NCBI GenBank assembly: GCA_001804205.1
Contig: MHFM01000009.1
Location: 61,588-97,949 of the forward strand
Source: Omnitrophica bacterium RIFCSPLOWO2_01_FULL_45_10b
Lineage (GTDB): Bacteria > Omnitrophota > Omnitrophia > Omnitrophales > Danuiimicrobiaceae
DNA: 36,362 nt
Reading direction: 5' to 3'
Part shown: one piece after another, positions 26,016 to 35,004 of the stretch
Numbering within the stretch: position 1 is the first letter of the stretch
Layout: each line of letters opens with the position of its first letter
Program-made: the position numbers and the translations under genes
The notes under the pieces: model-generated
What the model was told of the DNA's origin: nothing
What the model saw: only the letters and a program-made list of their open reading frames with translations
Database searches by the model: none

Positions 26016-27341
26016 GTGAACAATTTGACCAAGCTGGAAGCAGGGGGTATTATTAGAAGTGATAGCAGTTACTTGGCAAAAGTTCTTTATTTAACAATCA
26101 TTTTCACGATTACAGTTTCACCGAAAGCCTTCTCAGTGGTAGAAGAAATATACGAAAGAGATATTCCCACTATTCAAGGAGCTACCGTCGGCCCTCTTGA
26201 AGAAGATCCCTTCAGCGGGGGACTCATTGGTTTTACTTCTGATAAAGACTGGAGGCTTCTCCCCGGTTTTGAATCTAAAACCACGTATGACTCAAATACC
26301 AACCGTGAGCGCCAGGGAAAAACCGACAAAAGAGACGAAGACATTATTCTTCATTATACGCCTTCCATCGCTTTAATTCGAAGCGGCACCCGATTTAGTT
26401 TCAGATCCATTTATCAGATGAGCTTTCAAGAGTTTTTGCGGGATGCAAAACAAACGGGTTTTAATCATAATGTTTCTCAAAGCATTCAATATGTAAGCCC
26501 AAAAATTAAAACAGGTATTACGTACGCTTTTTCCAATACGAAAGCCGCTGCTTCTGATGCCATTGCCAAACGACGCACCACCGTTACCAACAATTTTCAG
26601 CCAAAGTTTGAATATCAGTTTACGAGGCGATTCAGCGCAGCCGCACTCTATGAATTTTATGAGCTTGCGTATAAAGATATTGGTTCAAGAGATAACAGTA
26701 ATTACCGGCGTCACAACACAGGCGGCCGCGCGACCTATCATTTCAGCCCGAAGATGGATTTCTTTATCGAGGGAAGGGACCTTATTGTCAAATATTATAG
26801 AAACGGATTTCTTGATTCCAAGGGTTTTGTCCTATGGGGCGGCTCCAATGTGAAAGTAACGGAAAAATTTTATCTTACTTTTCAACCGGGGTATAAAATG
26901 CAAATCTATAAGGATTCAACCCTTAATACGTTTAACGGCTGGGTGTTTCAAGGAGATCTTCGATATAAGTTTTCGAATAAAATGCTTATTTTTTTAAAGG
27001 CGACCCGTGACCGACAGGAAACCAGCCGCGCCAATGGTGGTTGGAATATAGGCAACAACATCAACGGAACGGTTACTTATAAAGTTAGGCCGCGCATCAG
27101 TTTGGTTTTGGATGGATCGCTTGGCCGAACTGATTATATTCGTGAAACTACGGCCGTGGGAAAGACGAAGAGAAAGCAAGACCATACCGTTGTCGGAGGT
27201 GCTTTAATTAAATGGAATCCCATCCGCACCTTAAATTTCTCCGTTGGTTATAAGCTCCGTTTCAAAAATGTTAATATTGACAACGAAGGTGACTACCGGG
27301 CACATATTTTGGAATCAGCAATGTCTTACAAACTTGCATGA
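26016..27341 (+). CDS. Putative outer-membrane beta-barrel protein of the polysaccharide export locus
   Basis: GTG start and a hydrophobic N-terminal leader. About 400 aa of alternating Y/F/R beta-strand-like segments. ATGA-coupled to the Wza-like gene. No specific motif recognised. Confidence 0.5.
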   Translation: MNNLTKLEAGGIIRSDSSYLAKVLYLTIIFTITVSPKAFSVVEEIYERDIPTIQGATVGPLEEDPFSGGLIGFTSDKDWRLLPGFESKTTYDSNTNRERQGKTDKRDEDIILHYTPSIALIRSGTRFSFRSIYQMSFQEFLRDAKQTGFNHNVSQSIQYVSPKIKTGITYAFSNTKAAASDAIAKRRTTVTNNFQPKFEYQFTRRFSAAALYEFYELAYKDIGSRDNSNYRRHNTGGRATYHFSPKMDFFIEGRDLIVKYYRNGFLDSKGFVLWGGSNVKVTEKFYLTFQPGYKMQIYKDSTLNTFNGWVFQGDLRYKFSNKMLIFLKATRDRQETSRANGGWNIGNNINGTVTYKVRPRISLVLDGSLGRTDYIRETTAVGKTKRKQDHTVVGGALIKWNPIRTLNFSVGYKLRFKNVNIDNEGDYRAHILESAMSYKLA

Positions 27342-28078
27342 ACCCTAGGCAGCCATATTACGTAGAGGTAATTAATGCAATGCGAACAAATTATCGCAAT
27401 AAACTGAGAGCTGTTCTCTTATTGATTTCCATTTCTGTTTATTTTCTCGGCCCGTTTTCCACGCATCCGGTTTTTGCCGAAGAAAATATTCGAAGAACGC
27501 CGCCTCCTGGCTACTCTCAGCAAGCTCTTCTTGCTGCTAAAGCGAAAGCTACTCATGCCAAAAAGATGGCGGCAGCCGCTGCCGAAGACAGCTCGTATCG
27601 GGTCCAGCCGGGGGACCGCTTAGAGATCACGGTCTATCGAGAAGAAGATCTCTCGAAGGTTTATGAAGTCGACCCAAACGGAAAGCTCAATTTTCCGCTG
27701 ATCGGCGGCATTGAAGTAAAAGACCTTTCCATTGAACAATTGCGCAATAAGCTTACCGAGAACCTCAAAAAATTTATAACGGATCCTCAAATCAGCATTT
27801 CCCGATCGGAAGGCACCATTAAATCTATTTCCGTCTTGGGCTACGTGCAAAAGCCGGGCGTTTATGATTACACGCCTAATTCAACTTTGATGCGGATGAT
27901 TTCTACGGCAGGCGGGTTCAAAGACGGCGCCAATAAGAAAAAAATTAAAGTGGTGAGGATAATTAAAGGTAAAAAAGAAGTCATTGTCATTAACGCCAAA
28001 AAAATTATTAGCGGTAACGCGGACGATCCTAAAATACAGCCCAGCGACATTATTTTTGTTCCCGAATCGATTTTTTAA
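27338..28078 (+). CDS. Polysaccharide export protein (Wza/Poly_export + SLBB family)
   Basis: Signal peptide, the YRVQPGDRLEITVY Poly_export motif, and a later SVLGYVQKPGVY SLBB-like segment. Confidence 0.8.
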   Translation: MNPRQPYYVEVINAMRTNYRNKLRAVLLLISISVYFLGPFSTHPVFAEENIRRTPPPGYSQQALLAAKAKATHAKKMAAAAAEDSSYRVQPGDRLEITVYREEDLSKVYEVDPNGKLNFPLIGGIEVKDLSIEQLRNKLTENLKKFITDPQISISRSEGTIKSISVLGYVQKPGVYDYTPNSTLMRMISTAGGFKDGANKKKIKVVRIIKGKKEVIVINAKKIISGNADDPKIQPSDIIFVPESIF

Positions 28079-28095
28079 AGCTAAAAGGAGTTGAG

Positions 28096-29928
28096 ATGGC
28101 AGAAGTTCCTGAACTTGACTATAGTTCCGGAGTGTTTCAATCTGAAGAAGAAGCTGACGCATATAACTTGCAGCTTTTGTGGAAAGCGGTTCAAAACAAG
28201 CGCGGGATCATTGTTACGATTACAGGCATTGCGTTCGTTTTTTCACTGCTTTACGCGTTACACCTTCCGACTGTCTACACGGCACGCACCAAGATTTTTA
28301 TTGAAGGCGGCAAAGAATCCGCCTTTCAAAATCCGGAAATGATGGAATCGCCTGCCGCAAATCCTCTTCCCACTTATTTCCAAACCAGAGCCGAGATGCT
28401 TAAGAGCCATCATATTTTGGAACAAGCGGCTAAAGAATTAAATCTTGTGGAGCATTATCAAAAAGTAAATAAACGCATTAAAACCAACGAAGAAGCCGCC
28501 GATCTTTTAGGGGACGATAAAACCAACGTCAAACTCTTAAAAGGGACACAAATTGTGCAGCTTTCCGTAACCGATACCGATCCGCAATGGGCCGCGAAAA
28601 TAGCGGATGGCATTTCCGATACGTTTATCAAAGAGTCTTGGCGGGAACGCCTTTTTATTTCGGAGCAGATCCTAGAATGGTTTCCCAAAGAAGGGGAAAC
28701 CCTTCAGAAAAGCAGCGGCATTAACCAGCTGAGGCAATTAGATAAAGAAGGCGCTATTACGTCACTTCCAAGCGTGGCGAAGGACCCCGTGATCAATAGC
28801 ATTAAAGAAGAACGAATCAAAGTAGATGCCATGATGAGGGAACTTTCAAAACGGTATACGTCCGAACATCCCAAAATAAAAGAGCTGCAAGCCCGGGCTG
28901 ATTATCTGGAAAGCGAGATGAAATCCCAGATTCAAAAGATTGTTTCGGGGCTTAAATCGGGACTGTCCGGTGAATTCAGCGCGAGCAATATGAAGGTCAT
29001 TGAACGGGCTGAAATACCGACAAAGCCGTCCGGCCCTAAGCGCTTGGTAATGGTTTCACTCAGCACCCTCATCGCTTTATTTTTGAGCATTGTTCTTGCT
29101 GTCCAATTGAACAATCTAGACCTAAACATTAAGGCCGAAGAAGATGTGCGCCAAATCCCGATGCCATTTTTAGGTTATTTGCCTCAGCTTGATACATTGG
29201 CAGGAGATACGAAGAGCGATAGGCGCGAGAATTTATTGGAACACGTTCTTACCGACATGAGGCTGATGGATGACATTACCAATATCCGCGCCGCCGTGCT
29301 TTTTTCAATGCCGGCTGACCGAAGCAAGCTCTTAATGTTCACCAGCACGATTCCTGAGGAGGGCAAAACGACCGTAGCATCTCTTTTCGGGATGTCTTTG
29401 GCCCACGGCGGTGAAAAAGTGCTTCTGATTGATGCGGATATGCGCAAGCCCGCTTTACATCAAATATTCGGGCTTGAAAATAAGATTGGCTTAAGCCATT
29501 GCCTTGTCGGAACTGCAAAACCCCAGGAAGCCATTCAGAAAATCGATAAGATTCCGGGGCTTTCCATTATGACCGCAGGGGTAACACCACCTAATCCAGC
29601 GGCGCTTTTAGGCTCAAGCATGTTGGAGCGTTTGATTCAGGAGCTTGAACCTCATTACCGGCGTATTGTTTTTGATGGCCCTCCAGGGCTCCACATTATC
29701 GACAGCCTTCTTCTTTCCGCCAAAGTCCACGGGACGATTTTGATATTTGGCTTTGGAAAAATTCACCGTAATATCGCGAAAAAAATGAAAGAAAGGATTC
29801 TTTCGGCCAAAGGTACGCTGATCGGCGCCGCCATTAACGGCACTGATTATAAGAAGTTAGATTACGCTTCCTACACCTATTATCAGAAATACAGCAAATA
29901 CTACGGCGTCTCCAAAGCAGGCGATTAA
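28096..29928 (+). CDS. Polysaccharide co-polymerase / BY-kinase (Wzc-like: Wzz domain + tyrosine autokinase)
   Basis: Two TMs flanking a coiled-coil periplasmic domain. Walker A EEGKTT, Walker A' LIDADMRKP, Walker B IVFDGPP, and a C-terminal tyrosine cluster YASYTYYQKYSKYY. Confidence 0.85.
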   Translation: MAEVPELDYSSGVFQSEEEADAYNLQLLWKAVQNKRGIIVTITGIAFVFSLLYALHLPTVYTARTKIFIEGGKESAFQNPEMMESPAANPLPTYFQTRAEMLKSHHILEQAAKELNLVEHYQKVNKRIKTNEEAADLLGDDKTNVKLLKGTQIVQLSVTDTDPQWAAKIADGISDTFIKESWRERLFISEQILEWFPKEGETLQKSSGINQLRQLDKEGAITSLPSVAKDPVINSIKEERIKVDAMMRELSKRYTSEHPKIKELQARADYLESEMKSQIQKIVSGLKSGLSGEFSASNMKVIERAEIPTKPSGPKRLVMVSLSTLIALFLSIVLAVQLNNLDLNIKAEEDVRQIPMPFLGYLPQLDTLAGDTKSDRRENLLEHVLTDMRLMDDITNIRAAVLFSMPADRSKLLMFTSTIPEEGKTTVASLFGMSLAHGGEKVLLIDADMRKPALHQIFGLENKIGLSHCLVGTAKPQEAIQKIDKIPGLSIMTAGVTPPNPAALLGSSMLERLIQELEPHYRRIVFDGPPGLHIIDSLLLSAKVHGTILIFGFGKIHRNIAKKMKERILSAKGTLIGAAINGTDYKKLDYASYTYYQKYSKYYGVSKAGD

Positions 29929-29956
29929 AAACCGTCTGGTTTAAGGTGTCATCCTC

Positions 29957-29997
29957 AAAAAAGGGACAGGCAAGAAGTATTGCCTGTCCCTTTTTTT
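29957..29997 (+). terminator. Rho-independent terminator (potentially bidirectional)
   Basis: A-tract, then a 10-bp stem GGGACAGGCA (29963-29972) / TGCCTGTCCC (29981-29990), then TTTTTTT. Confidence 0.75.
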
Positions 29998-30138
29998 GTG
30001 TGATAATTTGTCAGAGGAAGCGGCTTGAGCACCGAAAATCGAGTGGCAGGAAAACACTCAAGTATGATATAAGTCTACAATAAACAAGGGGTTAGAAAGT
30101 ACTCAATTTTTACTCAAAAAAGCCGAAAAATAACAAGG

Positions 30139-30168
30139 TTGACGAGAAGGCAGTTTAACAGCTATACT
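30139..30168 (+). promoter_or_regulatory. Sigma70-type promoter candidate (TTGACG-N18-TATACT)
   Basis: TTGACG at 30139-30144, an 18-nt spacer, TATACT at 30163-30168. Confidence 0.45.
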
Positions 30169-30173
30169 TTCAC

Positions 30174-30238
30174 ATCATCTCAGCGGGACCGCGTGTTCCG
30201 CTGGCCCCGGATTCCTGTGAATCCGGGATTTTTATTTT
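30174..30238 (+). ncRNA. Candidate ~65-nt small RNA or attenuator (promoter + two hairpins + U-tract)
   Basis: The predicted TSS is ~6 nt after the -10 element. Hairpin GCGGGAC/GTTCCGC (30183-30201), then an 8-bp stem CCCGGATT/AATCCGGG (30206-30227) followed by ATTTTTATTTT. No family recognised. Confidence 0.3.
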
Positions 30239-30539
30239 AGGGGACTTTTATGGCGCGTGGGCATATGAAGCCGAAAGTTAAACATCTGGAAAGCTGTCAG
30301 TTAGAAGACAAGGTTCAGGTTGATAATCTTGTATTAACAAGGCCATCTTCTTGGCGTTGACCTTGTGACCAATTCGTGGCCAAAGCCCGTGACCCCATTT
30401 TGCCAAGATTCAGATCCTTATGAGAACAATAGGGAATCGGCCAGCCCGTAAGAAGGTGCCTCATCCGCGAGTTCGGAAAAAGCGGTGCGTCCCCCCCCGA
30501 TAAGTATTACACTGCCCCCAAAAAAGGCGATTAAAAACT

Positions 30540-30630
30540 GTCATTCTGAGCCCTTCGCCGCCTGTCATCCTGAACGAAGTGAAGGATCTAATCTACAAGT
30601 AGATTCTTCGGGCTGCGCCCTCAGAATGAC
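30540..30630. repeat. GTCAT...ATGAC palindromic element (91 bp)
   Basis: GTCATTCTGAG at 30540 and CTCAGAATGAC ending at 30630, with a nested GTCATCCTGAACGAAGTGAAGGATC. The track ORF 30485-30691 is a translation of it. Confidence 0.75.
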
Positions 30631-30820
30631 AAAGGTTTTTTTGATCCATCACCACTGGTCCACCCCCCATCTTTCTTCAACCTTGAATTAAGTCCCAAAA
30701 TTAGGAGAGGAATCCCAACTTTCGTATTGCGGTGTTTGCAACCGAATAGGGGGGGTGGTAAAGTTCATTATGAGTGTTCGGAAGATTGAACACCGAAGCA
30801 GTACCTTGGAGGCAGTACAA

Positions 30821-31591
30821 ATGAAAAACATCAATTTGAAGACAACGGCATTATTCATGAATGGGGCGCAATACTTGGGCGTCATCGCTGTTTTAGCCCT
30901 CGTGTTTGCAATATTAACCCCTTCTCTTTATGCGGCACCAAAGACCCCGAAGCAGCTAAAAGAGGACGAGGAAAAGAATAAAAATAGAATATATGCAGTA
31001 GGCGTTGATCCTAGTAAGGGACTTCCTAGTTCGACTGTTAAGAAGGGTGCGGCGCCCGTGGTAAAAATGGACCCCCTTCCTGGAGATCCATTTGAAGGTA
31101 AAGGCATTCCAGTAGATGAAAATGGCAAACCAGTAGACAATCCAACCATTGGGGCGGACACCATTGATCCTTTTAACCCGGTGAAGGATGATGGTTCTAA
31201 TGATGGTACTCTGGCTTATGATTTGGATGCTGCAGGTAAAGGTTACAACTCTGATTACCCCGTGATAGGCGGAGATTATTACTCCTCCGATAATTTTTGG
31301 AGTGATCTAGGGAGTACGTTCGATGCTTTTTCTTATGACCCAGATTTGTTCGGTGGAGTGGACGATGGCCTCTATGGTTTCGACTTCGGTGATTTAGGTG
31401 ATGATGCCGTTGCCGACAACCCTTTTGGTTTAGACCCTGTTGATGAAGACCTCAATTTCGGCAACATTAATGACAGTTTCACAAATTTTATGAGTGGGTT
31501 CATATTATCCGGCATCGATTTTACATTGCCCACCGTAATGCCGCCGGGTTACGATGATAAGACTCCGGATTTGTCGGGGGATCCGGGGTAG
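30821..31591 (+). CDS. Secreted acidic Asp/Gly/Pro/Phe-rich low-complexity protein (function unknown)
   Basis: A GGAGG SD 8 nt upstream of ATG 30821 is preferred over the track start 30755. Signal peptide ...LTPSLYA|AP. The mature part is dominated by D, G, P, F with recurring DPF/GD motifs. Confidence 0.55.
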   Translation: MKNINLKTTALFMNGAQYLGVIAVLALVFAILTPSLYAAPKTPKQLKEDEEKNKNRIYAVGVDPSKGLPSSTVKKGAAPVVKMDPLPGDPFEGKGIPVDENGKPVDNPTIGADTIDPFNPVKDDGSNDGTLAYDLDAAGKGYNSDYPVIGGDYYSSDNFWSDLGSTFDAFSYDPDLFGGVDDGLYGFDFGDLGDDAVADNPFGLDPVDEDLNFGNINDSFTNFMSGFILSGIDFTLPTVMPPGYDDKTPDLSGDPG

Positions 31592-31658
31592 GAGATTTAA
31601 ATTACCGATCTTTTAACAAGGAACAACGCTTTTTCCTGAACATTGAAGGATAGACCCA

Positions 31659-33689
31659 ATGTCGAAGACGGTCATTGCAAAAATATCCTTCAATCTTCAG
31701 TGGCTCGTCATTGTCTTCATTCTTTTCATTTCCACTTTTACCTTCGGCGGAACTTCAGTTCACTCCATTTATTGGACCCGCCTCTTCATTGCTTTTAGCC
31801 TCATTCTTCAAGCCCTTCTGTTCTTATCGGAGGACCATTATTTTAGCGATTTCCAGCCTGTCATTTGCCTCCCTCTTTTTTTCTACGCTGCTTTCCTCGC
31901 TTTGGTTTATGTTCAGGCTTCCTTCGGTTTGCGCCTATTTCGAGATTCAAGAATAGGCAGTATCAATTCCTATGTTACGTATAACTCGTTTATTCAGTTG
32001 GTTATTTATCTTTTGTTCTTTTTGATATGCGTCAAAACAGTGGCAAAACGTGAGGCGGCGGTGCGGATCAGCTCTTGGGTCGTGATATTTGCTTTGGGGA
32101 TTACCGCATGGGGTTTGATTCAAAATGTTATGGTTGACAGAGCCGTAATTAAAGAGCTTATCCTAACGGCTCGCAGCTTATGGTTCGGCCCATTTGTGAA
32201 TCAAAATAATTTGGGAGGATTTCTCGGGCTTAGCTTTCCTTTATTTTTAGGTTTGATGCAATACCGCTGGCATCGATTTAAAAGGAAATCGGCCGGAGAC
32301 CTTCAGGAAAAAGCCGTTTGGGTTAAATGGGCAGCGTTTGTCAATACGGGCACCGGTTTTTTACTTTTATTGGCTATTTTAGCTCTCGTCGCATGTTTTT
32401 TTACAGGGGCGAGGATGTCTGCCTTTGTCCTTTTGTTTTGCTGCATTGTTTATTTTTCAGTCTCCAGTTTCCGGAAACGCAATATCAAGATTTATTTATT
32501 GCTCCTCGCGATTTTGCTTTCGTCTTTTCTCTTCATTCGATGGCTTGGCTATGACAAAACAGCGGCTCAATTCAGCGCAAAGCAATTGCAAAGCACTTTT
32601 GACGTACGCATGGCCATTGCCAAGGAATCCCTTCAGATTTTTTATAGGTTTCCGCTTTTTGGAACCGGCTTGGATACGTATCGATTTATCGCGGGAAAGG
32701 TAACTGCCCCTGGTATCTGGGACTACAGTGTTGTTCCGCATGTTTACAACGATTATGTGGAATTATTGACGGAAGCAGGAATCGCTGGGTTCTTTTTATT
32801 TTTCGCCGCTATTTTTTCACTTCTGCTCATCGCCTTATTCCAAAGGGCTAAAAATCCTTCTTCCTGGAGCCGCACGATCACTTATCAAGCCATCATTTCA
32901 ATGTTGGGAATCGGCATTATGGAATATGCGGATTATCATTTGAAATTTCCCGCGGTTGCTTTCATGTTCACACTCCAATTAGCCTTTTTGTTTCAATTGA
33001 GCCGTTTCAAAGAAGCTCATAGCGTGCAGCCTGAAGCTTGCGGCAGAATGAAATTTGGCAAAGCAGTCTTACGATTAATATTTCCTCTCATCTGCTTTGC
33101 CTTAAGTCTTTCCTTGGTTTTTTCCGCTACCCGTATTTATCACGCGCAACGCTTGTCGTACGCCGGTGGAAACCATTTGTTGAATTTGAAAAACGCCGTA
33201 ACCTTACAGCCTTCCAATGCCGATTTCTGGCATCAGCTCGGCGCGGAGTACGATTTGAAAGCACGGCGGTCGCAGGAGGAAGAGAAAAAGGCATTTCAAA
33301 AAGAGGCAATTGTTTGTCTGCAAAAAGCGGCGGCGCTCAATCCTACTTTCGCATATTATTGGTTTTATTTGGGCACCTTGGAATATTCAGCCGGGTTTAC
33401 CCAGGAAGGAATTGTTTCGCTTAAACGATCTCTGGTTTGGGCGCCCAACAGGCAGGTTCGGTATTCGCTTTACCTGCTTTCGGTTTATTTAAGGGAAGCG
33501 AAACGGAATGGGCCCACTCCTGAGGGAATTAAATATTTTGTGAAGGCGAAAAACCTGTACCAGTCGCTTCAGCGCTTCGAGCCTCCGCCTAAAAAAAGGG
33601 ACTACGAACACTGGATGGCCAAATATTATTACGACCAGCTCCAGCGCGCAATTCCTTATTGGGAAAACAGTCCATCCACCAAACAATAG
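31659..33689 (+). CDS. O-antigen ligase/polymerase-family (Wzy_C) membrane protein with C-terminal TPR domain
   Basis: At least 10 TMs, the PHVYNDYVELLTEAGIAGF motif (H..N.Y.....E.G..G of the Wzy_C/O-antigen ligase family), and C-terminal TPR-like repeats (NADFWHQLGAEY, YYWFYLGTLEY). Confidence 0.75.
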   Translation: MSKTVIAKISFNLQWLVIVFILFISTFTFGGTSVHSIYWTRLFIAFSLILQALLFLSEDHYFSDFQPVICLPLFFYAAFLALVYVQASFGLRLFRDSRIGSINSYVTYNSFIQLVIYLLFFLICVKTVAKREAAVRISSWVVIFALGITAWGLIQNVMVDRAVIKELILTARSLWFGPFVNQNNLGGFLGLSFPLFLGLMQYRWHRFKRKSAGDLQEKAVWVKWAAFVNTGTGFLLLLAILALVACFFTGARMSAFVLLFCCIVYFSVSSFRKRNIKIYLLLLAILLSSFLFIRWLGYDKTAAQFSAKQLQSTFDVRMAIAKESLQIFYRFPLFGTGLDTYRFIAGKVTAPGIWDYSVVPHVYNDYVELLTEAGIAGFFLFFAAIFSLLLIALFQRAKNPSSWSRTITYQAIISMLGIGIMEYADYHLKFPAVAFMFTLQLAFLFQLSRFKEAHSVQPEACGRMKFGKAVLRLIFPLICFALSLSLVFSATRIYHAQRLSYAGGNHLLNLKNAVTLQPSNADFWHQLGAEYDLKARRSQEEEKKAFQKEAIVCLQKAAALNPTFAYYWFYLGTLEYSAGFTQEGIVSLKRSLVWAPNRQVRYSLYLLSVYLREAKRNGPTPEGIKYFVKAKNLYQSLQRFEPPPKKRDYEHWMAKYYYDQLQRAIPYWENSPSTKQ

Positions 33690-33705
33690 GATTTATCGGC
33701 AAACA

Positions 33706-35004
33706 ATGTTCTCGGAATTTACATTAAAACGTGTCTTGAAATGGCTTCACAAAGGAGGCTTCGCCGTCCTGGATCAAGGGCTTTTTGCAGGCTCTAATTT
33801 TTTGGCCAGCATCCTCTTAGCCCGATGGCTTCCGGCCGCTGAGTATGGGGCGTTTGTGGTGGCGTATTCTATTTTTTTGCTTCTCGGAGTTTTTCATACA
33901 GCAATTTTGACTGAGCCAATGCTTGTCTTTGGCTCTGGGAAGTATAGTAGCAAGTTCCAAAGCTATCTGGGATGCCTTTTGTATGGTCATTTGGTGCTTG
34001 CGCTTACCATAAGTTTAATCATGGCAATCACCGCAATTATCTTTGCTCACTTTGGTTCTCGCTTGCTTGCGAATGCCTTTTTCGGCTTGACGGTTGCGAG
34101 CCCTTTCATCCTTCTGCTTTGGATTTTACGGCGGGTTTATTATGTTGAATTCAAACCGCATTTGGCAGCTCTAGGGGGTATCCTTTATGTGGTATTGATG
34201 TCTTTTGGAATGTATGTGCTTTATCACATGGAATTGCTCTCATCCTTTTCCGGATTTTGTGTTATGGGGCTTGCAAGCGTGTTGGTCAGTGTATGTTTCT
34301 TATGGTTTTTGCGTCCTGATTTACGTCTTAGCAAGAGTCGAGCCGTATTTCATTCTGTTGCAATGAATCACTGGAACTACGGCAAGTGGTCTTCTGCCAC
34401 AGCTCTTCTTATGTGGCTTCCAGGCAATATTTATTACACCCTCTTACCAATTTGGACGGGGCTTGAAGGGAGCGCCGCTTTGCGGGCAACAATGAACCTT
34501 GTCATGCCGATTTTGCAGGCCAATACGTCAATAGCAATCCTTTTAATCCCGCGCTTTGTAAAGAAGTTCAAAGCTCACGGCGTAAAAAGTCTTCATCGGT
34601 TCGTTCTCCTCACCTTTGTCCCATTTATTGGAGGCCCCTTGTTCTATTGGATATTTATTGTTTTATTTGGCGAAAGAATAATGAGTTTGCTTTATGGAGC
34701 TAAATACCTTGGGCATAGCAATTTGTTGACCCTCCTTAGTCTAATTCCACTCTCTGCAGGTTTTATATCTGTTTTCAGCACGGCTCTGCGTGCAATGGAG
34801 CGGCCTGATCGCATTGTTTTATGCTACCTCTTTTCAAGTGTTGCAACTTTAGTTTTAGGATTTTGGTTGGTTTCCACTCAAAAGGAAATGGGAGCGACGA
34901 TAGGTTTGCTGGGGTCTTCAATTGTTACCGCGTTTGCAATGGGTCGAGCTTATTTTAAAGCAATTTATCAACCAAGGAAAATAAGCTATGGCATGTCTGC
35001 GTGA
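33706..35004 (+). CDS. Polysaccharide/oligosaccharide flippase (Wzx, MOP superfamily)
   Basis: 432 aa with about 12 TMs and a typical Wzx hydropathy layout. Located in the Wzy-dependent locus. Confidence 0.65.
   Translation: MFSEFTLKRVLKWLHKGGFAVLDQGLFAGSNFLASILLARWLPAAEYGAFVVAYSIFLLLGVFHTAILTEPMLVFGSGKYSSKFQSYLGCLLYGHLVLALTISLIMAITAIIFAHFGSRLLANAFFGLTVASPFILLLWILRRVYYVEFKPHLAALGGILYVVLMSFGMYVLYHMELLSSFSGFCVMGLASVLVSVCFLWFLRPDLRLSKSRAVFHSVAMNHWNYGKWSSATALLMWLPGNIYYTLLPIWTGLEGSAALRATMNLVMPILQANTSIAILLIPRFVKKFKAHGVKSLHRFVLLTFVPFIGGPLFYWIFIVLFGERIMSLLYGAKYLGHSNLLTLLSLIPLSAGFISVFSTALRAMERPDRIVLCYLFSSVATLVLGFWLVSTQKEMGATIGLLGSSIVTAFAMGRAYFKAIYQPRKISYGMSA

Noticed and set aside
30250-30360. 36-codon ORF (MARGHMKPKVKHLESCQLEDKVQVDNLVLTRPSSWR) just after the sRNA-like terminator.
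   Set aside because: It has no SD, no recognisable motif and no supporting conservation. It cannot be supported from the sequence alone.
30485-30691. 68-aa plus-strand ORF; likewise 4566-4772 and 3388-3570.
   Set aside because: These are translations of GTCAT...ATGAC palindromic elements (peptides such as CHSEPFAACHPERSEGS...ALRMTK), not genes.
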